64,000 bases of DNA from Anaerolineales bacterium (GCA_049281855.1 JBAPSY010000073.1:3171-67170); one strand, 5' to 3'. Shown: positions 26,795 to 36,487, counted from the first letter of the stretch. Numbers and translations: made by a program. The notes: generated from the letters alone by a model not told the origin.

Positions 26795-27871
26795 CTATTC
26801 CTCCTCGTCAGAGATAGCCAGCCATTGCGTGATGGGGGGCAGGTTGAGCAACATCAGGGCGGTAATGATCGCTGCCGATGACAGGCACCAGATACAGACG
26901 GCATGGATGACGAACAGCTCAAGATAGGTCAGGTAGATGGAGAAAAGCGTTCCGAAGAGAGCCATTCCATACATGGCCGGGCCCGCTATTTTTGAGAGGG
27001 AATCTGTGCGGAAACGCCGCCATAACCAGGTTACCAGGATGGCAGTATAACCGAATGCCCCCACCAACCCAATCGGCAATACGCCAAACAGCTTGGCATA
27101 CGGGCTGCTTTGGACCGCATTACAGTCACCCACTGGACCGCACAACGCGCGTGTTTGGGTGACTTCAACATAGGTAAGGTAAATGGAGGCTCCCAGACCG
27201 ATAATGGCAAGTATCGGGATAGCGATATCCAACCAACCCTTTAATTCACGCAGAGGTTTACCTTGAAATGCCCGCAGGATCATCACAATGGCTAAAATCA
27301 ATGCGATCCCCATGATGATCATGATTCCCCAAGCCAGAGTCATGCCTGCCTTGTTCGTTTCTGCTGCCTGTTGTGGAATAAAATTCAGGTAGGGGTCGGA
27401 CGATGTGAATGCGACCCCTTTTAGGAGCATCTCACCTAATAGAGGAATATTGGGATACTCTGACCCGCCAGAGGTCAGATATTTTTCAATCAAGCCAGCT
27501 AATTTGGTATTGATTACGTCTTTACCAATCAGCACGGTTTGATCGATGAGCAGAAATGGCACAGCAATTTGCTCTTTGGAAAGGCCAAGAGATGCGCCCA
27601 GAGTATACAGGTTGTCGATGTCTTTTGAAGTTACCAGCTCAATAAGCAGAATGCTCAATTGAGAATCATATTTATCCTGCAATCCTGGTAGGACATTGGT
27701 CAATACCATGGAGCAATATGGACAACCGTTCGACCAGAACAAAATAGCATGAACCACGGGTTGTGCAATTTGGCTGGGTGCAGCTTTTGCGCTGGTTGGT
27801 AAACTCGTAATCAACAATACTGTGAAAAGGAGCATCAACGCTTTTCGCATATTATTTTCCCGATTCAGCAA
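26795..27871 (-). CDS. Vitamin K epoxide reductase (VKOR) domain fused to an N-terminal thioredoxin-like domain
   Basis: Signal/anchor sequence, a Trx-like CxxC (WSNGCPYCS), then a VKOR core with the loop cysteines CGPVGDC and active-site CIWC. The likely true start is the ATG at 27850 (MRKALMLLF). Confidence 0.8.
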   Translation of the reverse strand: MLNRENNMRKALMLLFTVLLITSLPTSAKAAPSQIAQPVVHAILFWSNGCPYCSMVLTNVLPGLQDKYDSQLSILLIELVTSKDIDNLYTLGASLGLSKEQIAVPFLLIDQTVLIGKDVINTKLAGLIEKYLTSGGSEYPNIPLLGEMLLKGVAFTSSDPYLNFIPQQAAETNKAGMTLAWGIMIIMGIALILAIVMILRAFQGKPLRELKGWLDIAIPILAIIGLGASIYLTYVEVTQTRALCGPVGDCNAVQSSPYAKLFGVLPIGLVGAFGYTAILVTWLWRRFRTDSLSKIAGPAMYGMALFGTLFSIYLTYLELFVIHAVCIWCLSSAAIITALMLLNLPPITQWLAISDEEE

Positions 27872-27982
27872 ATATTACCCCTCGGGCAAATAGAAAGCGA
27901 TACCGAGGGGCACGTAATTAAAATTATAATGCTTTTAAATGCTTGCTGAATAAAAATATATTAATCTTTGTTCTTTCCTCAG

Positions 27983-28603
27983 CTATGGTGTGCCAGAATC
28001 CACGGATATCTGAATAATAACCGGATCACCGAAGGGCTTTCCCTGAGGGTCGTAAGCCTGCCAGTCACTTTCATAGATACCTGGCCCGGAGGGGGCTGTG
28101 AACAGGATCCGGATACTGGCTTTGGTTCCACTGCGAGCAGGGAAAAGCGCCTGTTCAACCGGTGCATTTAATTCCGAGCCAGAAACGAGTCTTAGACGAT
28201 AGCGATCATCCCAATTGCAGCTACCGCTGTTCATGACTAGCCAGCGTTTATCTAAACCATCTCCTGGGTGGGCAACCGTCCCATCCAGGATGGATATATC
28301 TTCCAAGAATGTCAGGTTATCCGTACAAGATGGGGTGGCAATGGCGAGGGGTGTTTCGATTGGCAGTGATGTAAAGGTAGGCGCCACACTCGCCAGGGGC
28401 GATGGGGTGGGATGGAAAGTTATGGTAGGTGGCCGGTAAGGGGTTGGGCTTTCCCCGCAACCGGTTAAACCTAAGGAAGCCAGAACCAAAAACACGACGA
28501 CTAAACCAACGGTGGATAATAGACGATACGCAATACAAATGTCGTATTGCGTATCCTTATGATCATTTGTGTTAACACCTCTAAACCGGTGACAGCTACT
28601 CAC
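27983..28603 (-). CDS. Lipoprotein with an NBR1-type Ig-like domain
   Basis: Lipobox LASLGLTGC, a Pro/Thr-rich linker, and a C-terminal domain ([16 protein letters not shown]...[14 protein letters not shown]) resembling the NBR1 Ig-like family. The start is uncertain: the GTG at 28603 overlaps the recA stop and a hairpin lies inside the predicted 5' end. Confidence 0.6.
   Translation of the reverse strand: MSSCHRFRGVNTNDHKDTQYDICIAYRLLSTVGLVVVFLVLASLGLTGCGESPTPYRPPTITFHPTPSPLASVAPTFTSLPIETPLAIATPSCTDNLTFLEDISILDGTVAHPGDGLDKRWLVMNSGSCNWDDRYRLRLVSGSELNAPVEQALFPARSGTKASIRILFTAPSGPGIYESDWQAYDPQGKPFGDPVIIQISVDSGTP
28525..28555 (-). terminator. Perfect 12-bp-stem hairpin downstream of recA
   Basis: GATACGCAATAC (28525-28536) and GTATTGCGTATC (28544-28555) flank a 7-nt loop, 45-75 nt after the recA stop. 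Only a weak U-tract follows on the minus strand. Confidence 0.35.
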
Positions 28604-29682
28604 AAATCTCCATCGTCCGTGCTGCTTTCTTCAGGCACATTTCCAAAGCCAATGGCAGTCTCACCGCTGGCAGCACGCTCACGCACCGCCATTTCGATCT
28701 CTGATGCCAGTTCTTTATGGGCGCGCAAGTAATCCTTGGCGTTTTCACGCCCCTGACCAAGGCGAAGCTCGCCGTAATTGAAGAACGAGCCTCGTTTTGT
28801 GATGATTTCCATAGCAGTTGCCAGGTCGAGCAGATCCCCAACTTTGGAGATGCCTTCGTTATACATGATGTCAAATTCTGCAGTACGGAATGGTGGTGCG
28901 ACCTTGTTTTTTACCACTCTCACCCGGGTGCGGTTGCCGATGATCTCAGCCCCAAGCTTGATGGATTGAATTCGGCGGACGTCCAGGCGTACCGAAGCAT
29001 AGAACTTGAGAGCCATACCCCCCGAGGTTGTCTCAGGATTGCCAAACATGACCCCAATTTTCTGGCGCAGCTGGTTGGTGAAAACCACTGAGGTGTTGGT
29101 TTGCTTAATCGCACCCGAAAGCTTACGTAATGCCTGCGACATCAAGCGCGCCTGCATACCCATGGTGGCATCCCCCATGTCACCTTCGATTTCAGCCCTT
29201 GGGACGAGCGCAGCTACCGAATCGATCACGATGACATCGATCGCCCCTGAGCGCACCAGTGTTTCGGTGATTTCCAAGGCCTGCTCGCCCATATCTGGCT
29301 GCGAAATGAGCAGGTTTTCCACATCCACCCCGCACCTGGCGGCGTAAGTGGGATCCAGGGCATGCTCCATGTCGATATAGGCAGCTGTTCCGCCTAATTT
29401 TTGGGCCTCGGCGACGATGTGCTGGCTGATGGTTGTCTTGCCGGATGATTCGGGACCATAAATCTCAGTGATGCGCCCGCGTGGTATCCCCCCAACACCC
29501 AAAGCAATATCCAATGAAAGTGAGCCGGTAGGAATGGCTTCAACGCGCAACTGGTGAGCTTCGCCCAAGCGCATGATGGAGCCATCACCATAACGCTTGG
29601 TGATATCGCCCAGTGCTTTGTCCAGTGCTGCCTGTCGAGCTTCATCCATTTCAGGTTGTGGAGATGCAGACTTTTTAGCCAT
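28600..29682 (-). CDS. recA: Recombinase RecA
   Basis: Canonical RecA sequence ([16 protein letters not shown] Walker A, the IVIDSVAAL region, the L1/L2 regions). The ATG at 29682 lies 8 nt downstream of AGGAG. Confidence 0.97.
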   Translation of the reverse strand: MAKKSASPQPEMDEARQAALDKALGDITKRYGDGSIMRLGEAHQLRVEAIPTGSLSLDIALGVGGIPRGRITEIYGPESSGKTTISQHIVAEAQKLGGTAAYIDMEHALDPTYAARCGVDVENLLISQPDMGEQALEITETLVRSGAIDVIVIDSVAALVPRAEIEGDMGDATMGMQARLMSQALRKLSGAIKQTNTSVVFTNQLRQKIGVMFGNPETTSGGMALKFYASVRLDVRRIQSIKLGAEIIGNRTRVRVVKNKVAPPFRTAEFDIMYNEGISKVGDLLDLATAMEIITKRGSFFNYGELRLGQGRENAKDYLRAHKELASEIEMAVRERAASGETAIGFGNVPEESSTDDGDL

Positions 29683-29739
29683 GAAGTTCACTCCTAGTAT
29701 ATAAATTGTGATTATAGTTTAGCACATATGTTCGATATG

Positions 29740-30966
29740 TCAAGGGATTGGTGTTTCAAGAGGTGAGGGGGTGAAATTTGCACCGGGTGCAGGTGGTGAT
29801 TCAATTGTAAAACCATAATAGCCACGGAAGGTAAAATAATTGACCATCCCAGGAGAAACCTCGATTGGGGCGCTGAAGTTTACACCCGCAAAAGCTGCTC
29901 GGAGAACGTAATTACCTGCTGGTAGATCACCAACGACCATATTCTCCTGATAATATTTATCACTATTTACTGAGGTCTTACCATACGACCAGGCGAACAA
30001 GTTTTGCTCGCTTTTTGGATCGGTTATGATGATCTGTTGGTTATTGATCAGTTGACCATTTGTATCCATTACTCGACCAGCGATTATGCCCCATCCGATG
30101 GGTGGCACCAGCCATAGCTCTGGGTTACGCGTGGTGAAAAAACTGTTTTCACCAATGCGCACCTCAAAGTGCAGGTGTGGTCCGGTTACGGTACCTGTCT
30201 CCCCCACCAGTCCAAGGATGTCTCCAGTTTCCACATGTTGACCCTCGACCACATCAATCTCATCCATATGCCCGTAGATGGTATAAAGGATCTGATTCTG
30301 GTATCCAAAGTCATGCTGGATGGAGACCGCTAAACCATAAGGATCAGCGGGGTCGAAACCACCCTGGTAGACCCCAAAACCTGCCCAAACAACTGTTCCT
30401 GGTCCCGCTGCCAGGATCGGAGTTCTTTTTGGGGCGGGAATATCCACACCGGTGTGCACCACATCCTGGAAAAACACACCACCGTAGCGATAATCTTGCA
30501 CAGGTATATTCACCTCATTCGCAGCGATGGGGCTGGCGAAGTAAAAATGATCATATAGGGTGGGTGCCCAGGGGGTAGGGTATAGAGGTGGCCTCCAATC
30601 AGAGACGTGATCTTGTGCTTGAGTTGGGCTAACCAACTGCATGGGGTCAGGTGCAATGGTCGCGAGCGATGCTGGAGATACCACAGGTGAAGGAGAGACC
30701 TGTGTGATCAAGGCGCTGACTGTATTGGGAGTGACAGACTCGGTTGCAGTTGCTGAAATCAGTGGCGTGATGGTATAGGTTGGAAAAAACGGCAGAGCGG
30801 GCGGAGTGACCTGTGAAGGCTGGCAGGCGGTAAGTAAAACCACCACGCTAACAATACGCAGCAGACTCTTCGATTGGTTCAACAACCTTGAAACCTTATG
30901 GATATGTTTTCCGGAAGCATGCATAAGAATGTGAAATATGCGGGGTTTGTTATCCGAGTCAGCCAT
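29740..30966 (-). CDS. M23-family metallopeptidase lipoprotein
   Basis: HTGVDIPAP (HxxxD) and GPHLHFEVRI (HxH), with a lipobox-like VVLLTAC. The start is probably the ATG at 30966 or 30924; the longer track ORF (to 31086) overlaps the upstream gene and is unlikely. Confidence 0.8.
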   Translation of the reverse strand: MADSDNKPRIFHILMHASGKHIHKVSRLLNQSKSLLRIVSVVVLLTACQPSQVTPPALPFFPTYTITPLISATATESVTPNTVSALITQVSPSPVVSPASLATIAPDPMQLVSPTQAQDHVSDWRPPLYPTPWAPTLYDHFYFASPIAANEVNIPVQDYRYGGVFFQDVVHTGVDIPAPKRTPILAAGPGTVVWAGFGVYQGGFDPADPYGLAVSIQHDFGYQNQILYTIYGHMDEIDVVEGQHVETGDILGLVGETGTVTGPHLHFEVRIGENSFFTTRNPELWLVPPIGWGIIAGRVMDTNGQLINNQQIIITDPKSEQNLFAWSYGKTSVNSDKYYQENMVVGDLPAGNYVLRAAFAGVNFSAPIEVSPGMVNYFTFRGYYGFTIESPPAPGANFTPSPLETPIP

Positions 30967-33055
30967 CAGGGGTTGGGCTGGTAGTTGGGTAGAGGTTGGG
31001 AGATATAGGTGGGTTTGTAGGCGTCTCCAGGCTAGGTGTAAAGGTTGGGCGGGGTGATGGTATGGTTGTGGGTGTGGGGGAAACATACCAGCGCAGCGTA
31101 GGTGTCGGGGTGCGTGTGGGTGGTATGACGGCCGTGGGTGTGATCATTGCCTCTGGCGGATAAAGTTCAAGCATGGCTGATTGCCAGTCCATACCACCAG
31201 TAAAGGCAAATTCGTTGAACCGCGCAGCTGGGTAGGAAGCTCTCCAGGTGGTCAATGCAGGGATGCGTTCCCATCCATAAGCCTGAGCCCGCTCGGTAAA
31301 ATCGATCCAATAGCCTGGTGGGATTGAGGCTTGCTGTGCTCCACCTAGCTCGTAGGTTAAGGTGTCTCCATTGTTGCGGGAAGTAAAATTCCAAGGTTTG
31401 TCATGTAAAGGAGTGCCCGCTGAGCCATCCTGATATAAAGCCCGGATGTATACCCTCCAATAGGTTTCAGCGCCAAAGTCTTCCCGTATCGCCATCAACC
31501 AACCCGCATCCATGGGCAGAGTGTTAATCGCGAAAGCTCGCCCGGTATAAAGCCAATCATTGCCCATGCCGGGATCCAATGGAGCAGTGAGGGGAACATA
31601 AGCATTTTCAAGTGTGGAAAGGAAATCCCAACCCGCCTCGGTTGTAATCCGGGAGCGTAGAGCTTGGAAGCTCTCATCGATCGAATCGTGTAGATAGGAC
31701 TGTGGAGCTTCGACACCGTTTAATGGAATAAGTTGATACCGCCCACCATTATCGTTGGGTAGGAATGTCAGGGCGGGGAGGTACAAGGGAGTGGGTGTAA
31801 GCAAGGCTGCTTGCTGATAAACTGTTTGAAGTGATGGGGTCAGTGAGATATTTCCCCAACATAAACCATACACAGACCCAGGCAGCTCAATCGTTGGGAG
31901 TGCAAGACCGGGGTAGTGAGCCGGGTATGCAGTCAGATAAATGTGGTTGGGTGCCTTTAAAATTGTCAGGATCGTCTCCCCATCTGCGCTCCAGGTGGGC
32001 CAATCACCACTTCCCAAGTTTTGCCGGTTCAGTGTAGTTGGTGGGTTGTTTGCATCTCCAATTAATGGCAGCTCCTGGAGGAACAGGCTGCGCATACCAT
32101 CCTGCTCACCAACCCAGACAAGGGACGCACCATCCGGTGACCATGCTGGGTGGGTATCTATGCTATTCGGGTTTTGGCTAATATTTTGAAAGCGTTCCTC
32201 TTCGTTTTTATCCAGGTCCGCCAGCCAAATTTCGTCATCCCCACTCTGGTCGGAGACAAAAACAATTTGCCTGCCCTCAGGTGACCAAACCGGGTTGAAA
32301 TCAGCTGCCGGGCTGTTCGTCAGCTGGATGGTTTCGCCAGGCGTAACCACAGATTGAATTATGATCTCCAGGTTGTCACTGATATATGCTTCATAGACCA
32401 CCCATTTGTTATCTGGTGACCAGGCAGGTGACGCCTCGTAGGCTAATGTATCGGTTAGGCGTGTAATACCCCCGCTACCCAGGTCAAGCATATAGATGTC
32501 CCAATAACCACTGCGGTTGGAAGCAAAAGCTACGGTCTGCCCGTCTGGACTTATGGCGGGATTAATATCATCCCACGGTCCATAGGTCAACCGGGTAATC
32601 GGTAGGGGTTGCCCTGCCCCGCTTTCTTCAGGCTGGTAGGCGAATAGATGGGTATTCCCGCCTTCATCCAATGCCAGGATGATCAAACCCTGGTTGAGGG
32701 TCAGGGTGCTGATAGGTTGAGGGCTGGCTGTTGCAGGTTCAGGTGTGGATGTATCTATAGGTTGTGGAGTTGGAGAATCTGTTGGTTGACTCGTGGGAGT
32801 AACCGTGATTGAGATACTGGGAATTGGTGTATCTACAATTGAGGTATCCGTTGGTATGAAATTATTTGTCTGCCAGGGAAGATTGGGTAGCTGCATGATC
32901 CAACTTATTCCAAATGCCAGCCCGCCCAGAATGACCAGGTTGATCACCGCCAGTAGCAATACACCCGATGGGGTAACGCGGATTGTCCATCCAACCCGTG
33001 GACGTCGTGAGCGTGATGGGCGGGGTGAGCCGGATGTTTCTAATTGCCTGGTCAT
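30959..33055 (-). CDS. Membrane-anchored TolB-like (PD40/WD40-like beta-propeller) protein with an unassigned C-terminal domain
   Basis: N-terminal TM helix and a Pro/Thr-rich linker, then repeated PD40-type units (PAISPDGQTVAF, PAWSPDNKWVVY, PVWSPEGRQIVF, PAWSPDGASLVW, PTWSADGETIL). These are followed by a roughly 250-aa unrecognised domain and a PT-rich tail. Confidence 0.75.
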   Translation of the reverse strand: MTRQLETSGSPRPSRSRRPRVGWTIRVTPSGVLLLAVINLVILGGLAFGISWIMQLPNLPWQTNNFIPTDTSIVDTPIPSISITVTPTSQPTDSPTPQPIDTSTPEPATASPQPISTLTLNQGLIILALDEGGNTHLFAYQPEESGAGQPLPITRLTYGPWDDINPAISPDGQTVAFASNRSGYWDIYMLDLGSGGITRLTDTLAYEASPAWSPDNKWVVYEAYISDNLEIIIQSVVTPGETIQLTNSPAADFNPVWSPEGRQIVFVSDQSGDDEIWLADLDKNEEERFQNISQNPNSIDTHPAWSPDGASLVWVGEQDGMRSLFLQELPLIGDANNPPTTLNRQNLGSGDWPTWSADGETILTILKAPNHIYLTAYPAHYPGLALPTIELPGSVYGLCWGNISLTPSLQTVYQQAALLTPTPLYLPALTFLPNDNGGRYQLIPLNGVEAPQSYLHDSIDESFQALRSRITTEAGWDFLSTLENAYVPLTAPLDPGMGNDWLYTGRAFAINTLPMDAGWLMAIREDFGAETYWRVYIRALYQDGSAGTPLHDKPWNFTSRNNGDTLTYELGGAQQASIPPGYWIDFTERAQAYGWERIPALTTWRASYPAARFNEFAFTGGMDWQSAMLELYPPEAMITPTAVIPPTRTPTPTLRWYVSPTPTTIPSPRPTFTPSLETPTNPPISPNLYPTTSPTPDG

Positions 33056-33130
33056 AATAGATGTCTATGTCTATTTTACCCGATGCAAGAAATGTGCACA
33101 GGTGCGACTCTTTTTACTCCTCAAACCCTG

Positions 33131-33352
33131 TTACGTAAATATCGAATAGCGTGCCCCAATCTCCAACAGGAGCAGGGCAGCGTTAATCAAAAAACTCACC
33201 TGCGACTGTTTCAATCCTATATCGATCACCTGCCGGATGACTTCCGGAATGATCAAACTCAGCCCGGTAAGTGTCAGGAGCAGGATAATGGAGATCGAAA
33301 CCAGGAGCCTGTCCGGGCGAAGATAGACGCGTAAACGTAAACGGTGTTGCAT
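33131..33352 (-). pseudogene. 5' remnant of an ABC-exporter (MsbA-type transmembrane domain) gene
   Basis: The 73-aa ORF (RLRVYLRPDRLLVSISIILLLTLTGLSLIIPEVIRQVIDIGL...) looks like the first TM helix region of a fused ABC exporter. It ends abruptly, with no downstream ABC-like coding sequence. Confidence 0.45.
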
Positions 33353-33449
33353 AATGTCGTTAAATATGGAGTGAATAAATTAAGGTTGCATGGAGATTAA
33401 CGCTAATCGTATGTACCAATAGTTTATTAGTGGAATGGGGATTCAGCCT

Positions 33450-33848
33450 TCAGGTTTCCAATGCTGGGAGGATAAACGTTGCCTTATGGCGGTCTACAAT
33501 CATCGGTTCCGGGAGAGGAATATCCATCGGGATGGTGCTTGGCTCTGGCATCCTTTGGTAATATACTGTGGTCTCAACGCTGTATTCGTTGCCTGGTTCA
33601 GGTTCTCGCAAGTGCATAGTAAATTCCAGTTTTGGCAGCATGGTTTCCAAAATGGTGGTATGGGCTGCTTCCTTACCCGAGACGGCAGTGATGGTCACTT
33701 CGACATTCGGTCTTTTCATGAAAGGGGTCAACTCAATATAGATTTTCACCTGCCTGCCATTTGGTTGGGGAGTGACTTGCACCTTGTTCAGACGCACTTC
33801 CTCAGGAGCCAGCCGAATTTCATTGGGATCATGAAAGAAAATATCCAT
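33450..33848 (-). CDS. Hypothetical protein
   Basis: 132-aa ORF with no recognised family, flanked by AT-rich intergenic DNA. Confidence 0.45.
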   Translation of the reverse strand: MDIFFHDPNEIRLAPEEVRLNKVQVTPQPNGRQVKIYIELTPFMKRPNVEVTITAVSGKEAAHTTILETMLPKLEFTMHLREPEPGNEYSVETTVYYQRMPEPSTIPMDIPLPEPMIVDRHKATFILPALET

Positions 33849-33970
33849 TGATAATAAGCACTAACCTTGTTAGATAATTATCTTATTTACTCTATGCCTA
33901 TTGCAAAATTATAGCAATCAAAAAACCAGACGGAGTACTCCGCTTGGTTAGAGAGTCAATAAAGAATACT

Positions 33971-35287
33971 TCAGGCTATTTTCCGGCATTCCATATAAAA
34001 TCGCTTCTCAAAGGCCTCTCCCATGGAAAATGTCTTGCGTGGCAAGGCACCATCCAGGATGACAGTCTTGAACAGGTCGCTTTTATCCATACCGGGCAGG
34101 TAGAAAGCAATATTGCCAGGCAACTGTCCCAATTTAAATACGACATCTTCGCCATGAATATAGTCGATCTTTTCGGCTCCCCCACCCTTGAGGAAGTCGT
34201 CTAGGAATGATTGTAACGTGCCCACCGGTAGGTTGGAGGATGGATCGGCAATTTCCACAACCCCGAATCCTTGGGGTGAGATCATCCCGATGATTTGAGG
34301 ATCACCGTTTGATTGGTGAACTCTGACGACCATCTCTGATTGGTCCCTACACGGGGAGAAAGAAAATCCCGATTGATAGAATTCCTTCATGGCGTTGAAG
34401 ATATCCTGTTTGAGATCAAAGATTACGCGGTGGATGGGTGCAAATTCCAGCCCTTCGTCATGCACATTCTCAATTTCAACCAATGCATATCGCGATGGAT
34501 GATCCATCCCAACCTGTGTTTTATTCTTTTCCCAGATTGCCTTGGCGGTGGCAAGCGAGTGATTACCGTCACCCATGGCGAAAAGCAGCACAGGTTGGTC
34601 CTTACCGACGCCATACTTAGCGCCGAAAGTCTGCGGGTCTGCCAGTTGTTCCAGAGCTCTAACTACGCCTGCTTCGATGGACGGGTCATTCAATAGGTAT
34701 CCATTCAAGTGACCAGAACCCGCCATCAGCTCAAAATTATATAACTCCTTTAGATGAGCTTTGGATTTCCCCACCTCTTCGATGACAGTACGTTCCGGGT
34801 CATCGATCAGTACCAGGATGTGCGGCACTTCCAGACTGGCTCCTTCCCGGATGCGCATCCGCGGCGGCAAGCGCTCAATGATCGTCCCTTCCGTGGCGCG
34901 GATGAGTGAGCGTGAGCCTTTGTTGTAATCATAATGTTCCAAATCCAACGCCAGTACCAGCCCTTTTCGTAATTTGCCACCCACTTGTCGTTCTACATAT
35001 ACCATGCCGACATGTGGTGTGAGCAACCCACTCGATAGATAATCCCGCATGGTTTGCTGGATGTGGTGGATACGCCCCTCTGCACCCGGCTTATCAAGAT
35101 ACACCTCGGGGAATATCAGATTAAACGTGGAAGGCGCATTTCCTACGATCTCCTCCACTTTATGCCAGTACTCCGGTTGGGACGTATATTGATCACAAGC
35201 GATGACAGCCCATTTATTCAGGTCTACACCTGAGTGGGGTAAATAAATATCAGGAACCTGGATCGCGATGTTGGGATATGTCTTCAT
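33971..35287 (-). CDS. DUF1015-like protein
   Basis: About 438 aa from the ATG at 35287 (AGGAGG 4 nt upstream). The overall layout and blocks (RKGLVLALDLEHY...IRATEGT...RMRIREGASLEVPHILVLIDD) resemble DUF1015/COG4198. Confidence 0.6.
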   Translation of the reverse strand: MKTYPNIAIQVPDIYLPHSGVDLNKWAVIACDQYTSQPEYWHKVEEIVGNAPSTFNLIFPEVYLDKPGAEGRIHHIQQTMRDYLSSGLLTPHVGMVYVERQVGGKLRKGLVLALDLEHYDYNKGSRSLIRATEGTIIERLPPRMRIREGASLEVPHILVLIDDPERTVIEEVGKSKAHLKELYNFELMAGSGHLNGYLLNDPSIEAGVVRALEQLADPQTFGAKYGVGKDQPVLLFAMGDGNHSLATAKAIWEKNKTQVGMDHPSRYALVEIENVHDEGLEFAPIHRVIFDLKQDIFNAMKEFYQSGFSFSPCRDQSEMVVRVHQSNGDPQIIGMISPQGFGVVEIADPSSNLPVGTLQSFLDDFLKGGGAEKIDYIHGEDVVFKLGQLPGNIAFYLPGMDKSDLFKTVILDGALPRKTFSMGEAFEKRFYMECRKIA

Positions 35288-35450
35288 GGCACCTCCTGGT
35301 TGTAGATGGATTATTGGTAATTGTACCAGCAGCATTGATCGATCTATCCAATTTGGGAAGCTGTAATGGTTTGTTCTTGAATCTGATTCTTCCTTTTAAA
35401 AAAAATAAGGACCGCAGATGTTCTCGCGGTCCAGGTATCCAAATATATAA

Positions 35451-36302
35451 TTACATACCGGCCATATAGACCAGTCCGACGACTCCCGGGCCAGCATTTG
35501 CTCCAATCACTGGGCTGACCTCTGAAAAGTAAGTTTCAATCGGATTAAGTTTTTCAGATGCTTCCTTAAGCACAATTTGTGCGTCTTCAGGTGAGTTGGC
35601 GTGCAGGGATGCCAGGCGAACAGGTGTACGCCCGTTAATTTGTTTCACGACAAGTTCGACGATCCGGCTGAGCGACTTCTTGCGTGTACGCACCTGCTCG
35701 GCTGCCTCCACCCTGCCATCGCGCAGCTCAAGGATGGGTTTGATATTCAAAGCTGTCCCCAGGAAACGTTTCGCACCACCAATCCGTCCACCTCGGTGTA
35801 AAAACTCCAGCGTATCCACGGCAAAAAAGACACCAGTTTGCAGTAAGGCTTTCTGAGCCAGTTCAACACATTCAGGCAGGGTAGCTCCCTGTTTGATGGC
35901 GCGGGCAACGGTCAACAGATGGAAACCCATCGCCATAGCAGTTGAATTGGAATCGATGATCTCGATAGGTGCCTCAGCGGGAAGCATTGACTTTGCCTGA
36001 ATAGCTGAGTTGACCGTACCCGACAGCTTGGACGAGATGAGGATGGTCAGTATTTGGTGATCCTGATCGAGCAGGCGTTGATAGATTTCGAGGAATTTGG
36101 ATACCGTCACTTGTGACGTGGATGGCATGACTGATGCATTAGCGAGACGCTTATAAAACTCACTGGGCGTGATGTCCACCCCATCTTCGAACGACTCTTT
36201 ACCCCAGATTAATATCTGTGGGGCGACGGTTATCTCATATTTTTCGACCAGATCCTTTGGAATGGAACACGTGCTATCAGTGACCAGGGCTATTTTTGAC
36301 AT
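35451..36302 (-). CDS. DegV-family fatty-acid-binding protein
   Basis: MSKIALVTDSTCSIP N-terminus plus STSQV and LHRGGRIG motifs. The ATG at 36302 is preceded by AAGGAG. Confidence 0.88.
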   Translation of the reverse strand: MSKIALVTDSTCSIPKDLVEKYEITVAPQILIWGKESFEDGVDITPSEFYKRLANASVMPSTSQVTVSKFLEIYQRLLDQDHQILTILISSKLSGTVNSAIQAKSMLPAEAPIEIIDSNSTAMAMGFHLLTVARAIKQGATLPECVELAQKALLQTGVFFAVDTLEFLHRGGRIGGAKRFLGTALNIKPILELRDGRVEAAEQVRTRKKSLSRIVELVVKQINGRTPVRLASLHANSPEDAQIVLKEASEKLNPIETYFSEVSPVIGANAGPGVVGLVYMAGM

Positions 36303-36487
36303 CTGCACAACTCCTTGGCGAGAGTAAAATATCATTTTAGATTAAATGGTTAAACCTTGATAAGGTTATTCTTATCTGACAATGGTATAACCCATGATAA
36401 GGTTAATAGTTGCGTTTATTGACTGCCGGCTAATGAATGCTTTACGATCCTGGTGTTCAATGGCTGGACTCTCTTCATTATCTACTC

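Noticed and set aside
30967-31086. N-terminal extension of the M23 peptidase ORF (MFPPHPQPYHHPAQPLHLAW...)
   Set aside because: It overlaps the 3' end of the TolB-like gene by 128 nt, is Pro/His-rich low complexity, and precedes a plausible lipoprotein signal reached from internal ATGs at 30966 and 30924.
30959-31100. Pro/Thr-rich stretches considered as tandem DNA repeats or contingency loci: here, at 32700-32800, and in the lipoprotein at 28380-28440
   Set aside because: At the nucleotide level the codons vary and no exact tandem unit is present. They are ordinary low-complexity extracytoplasmic linkers.
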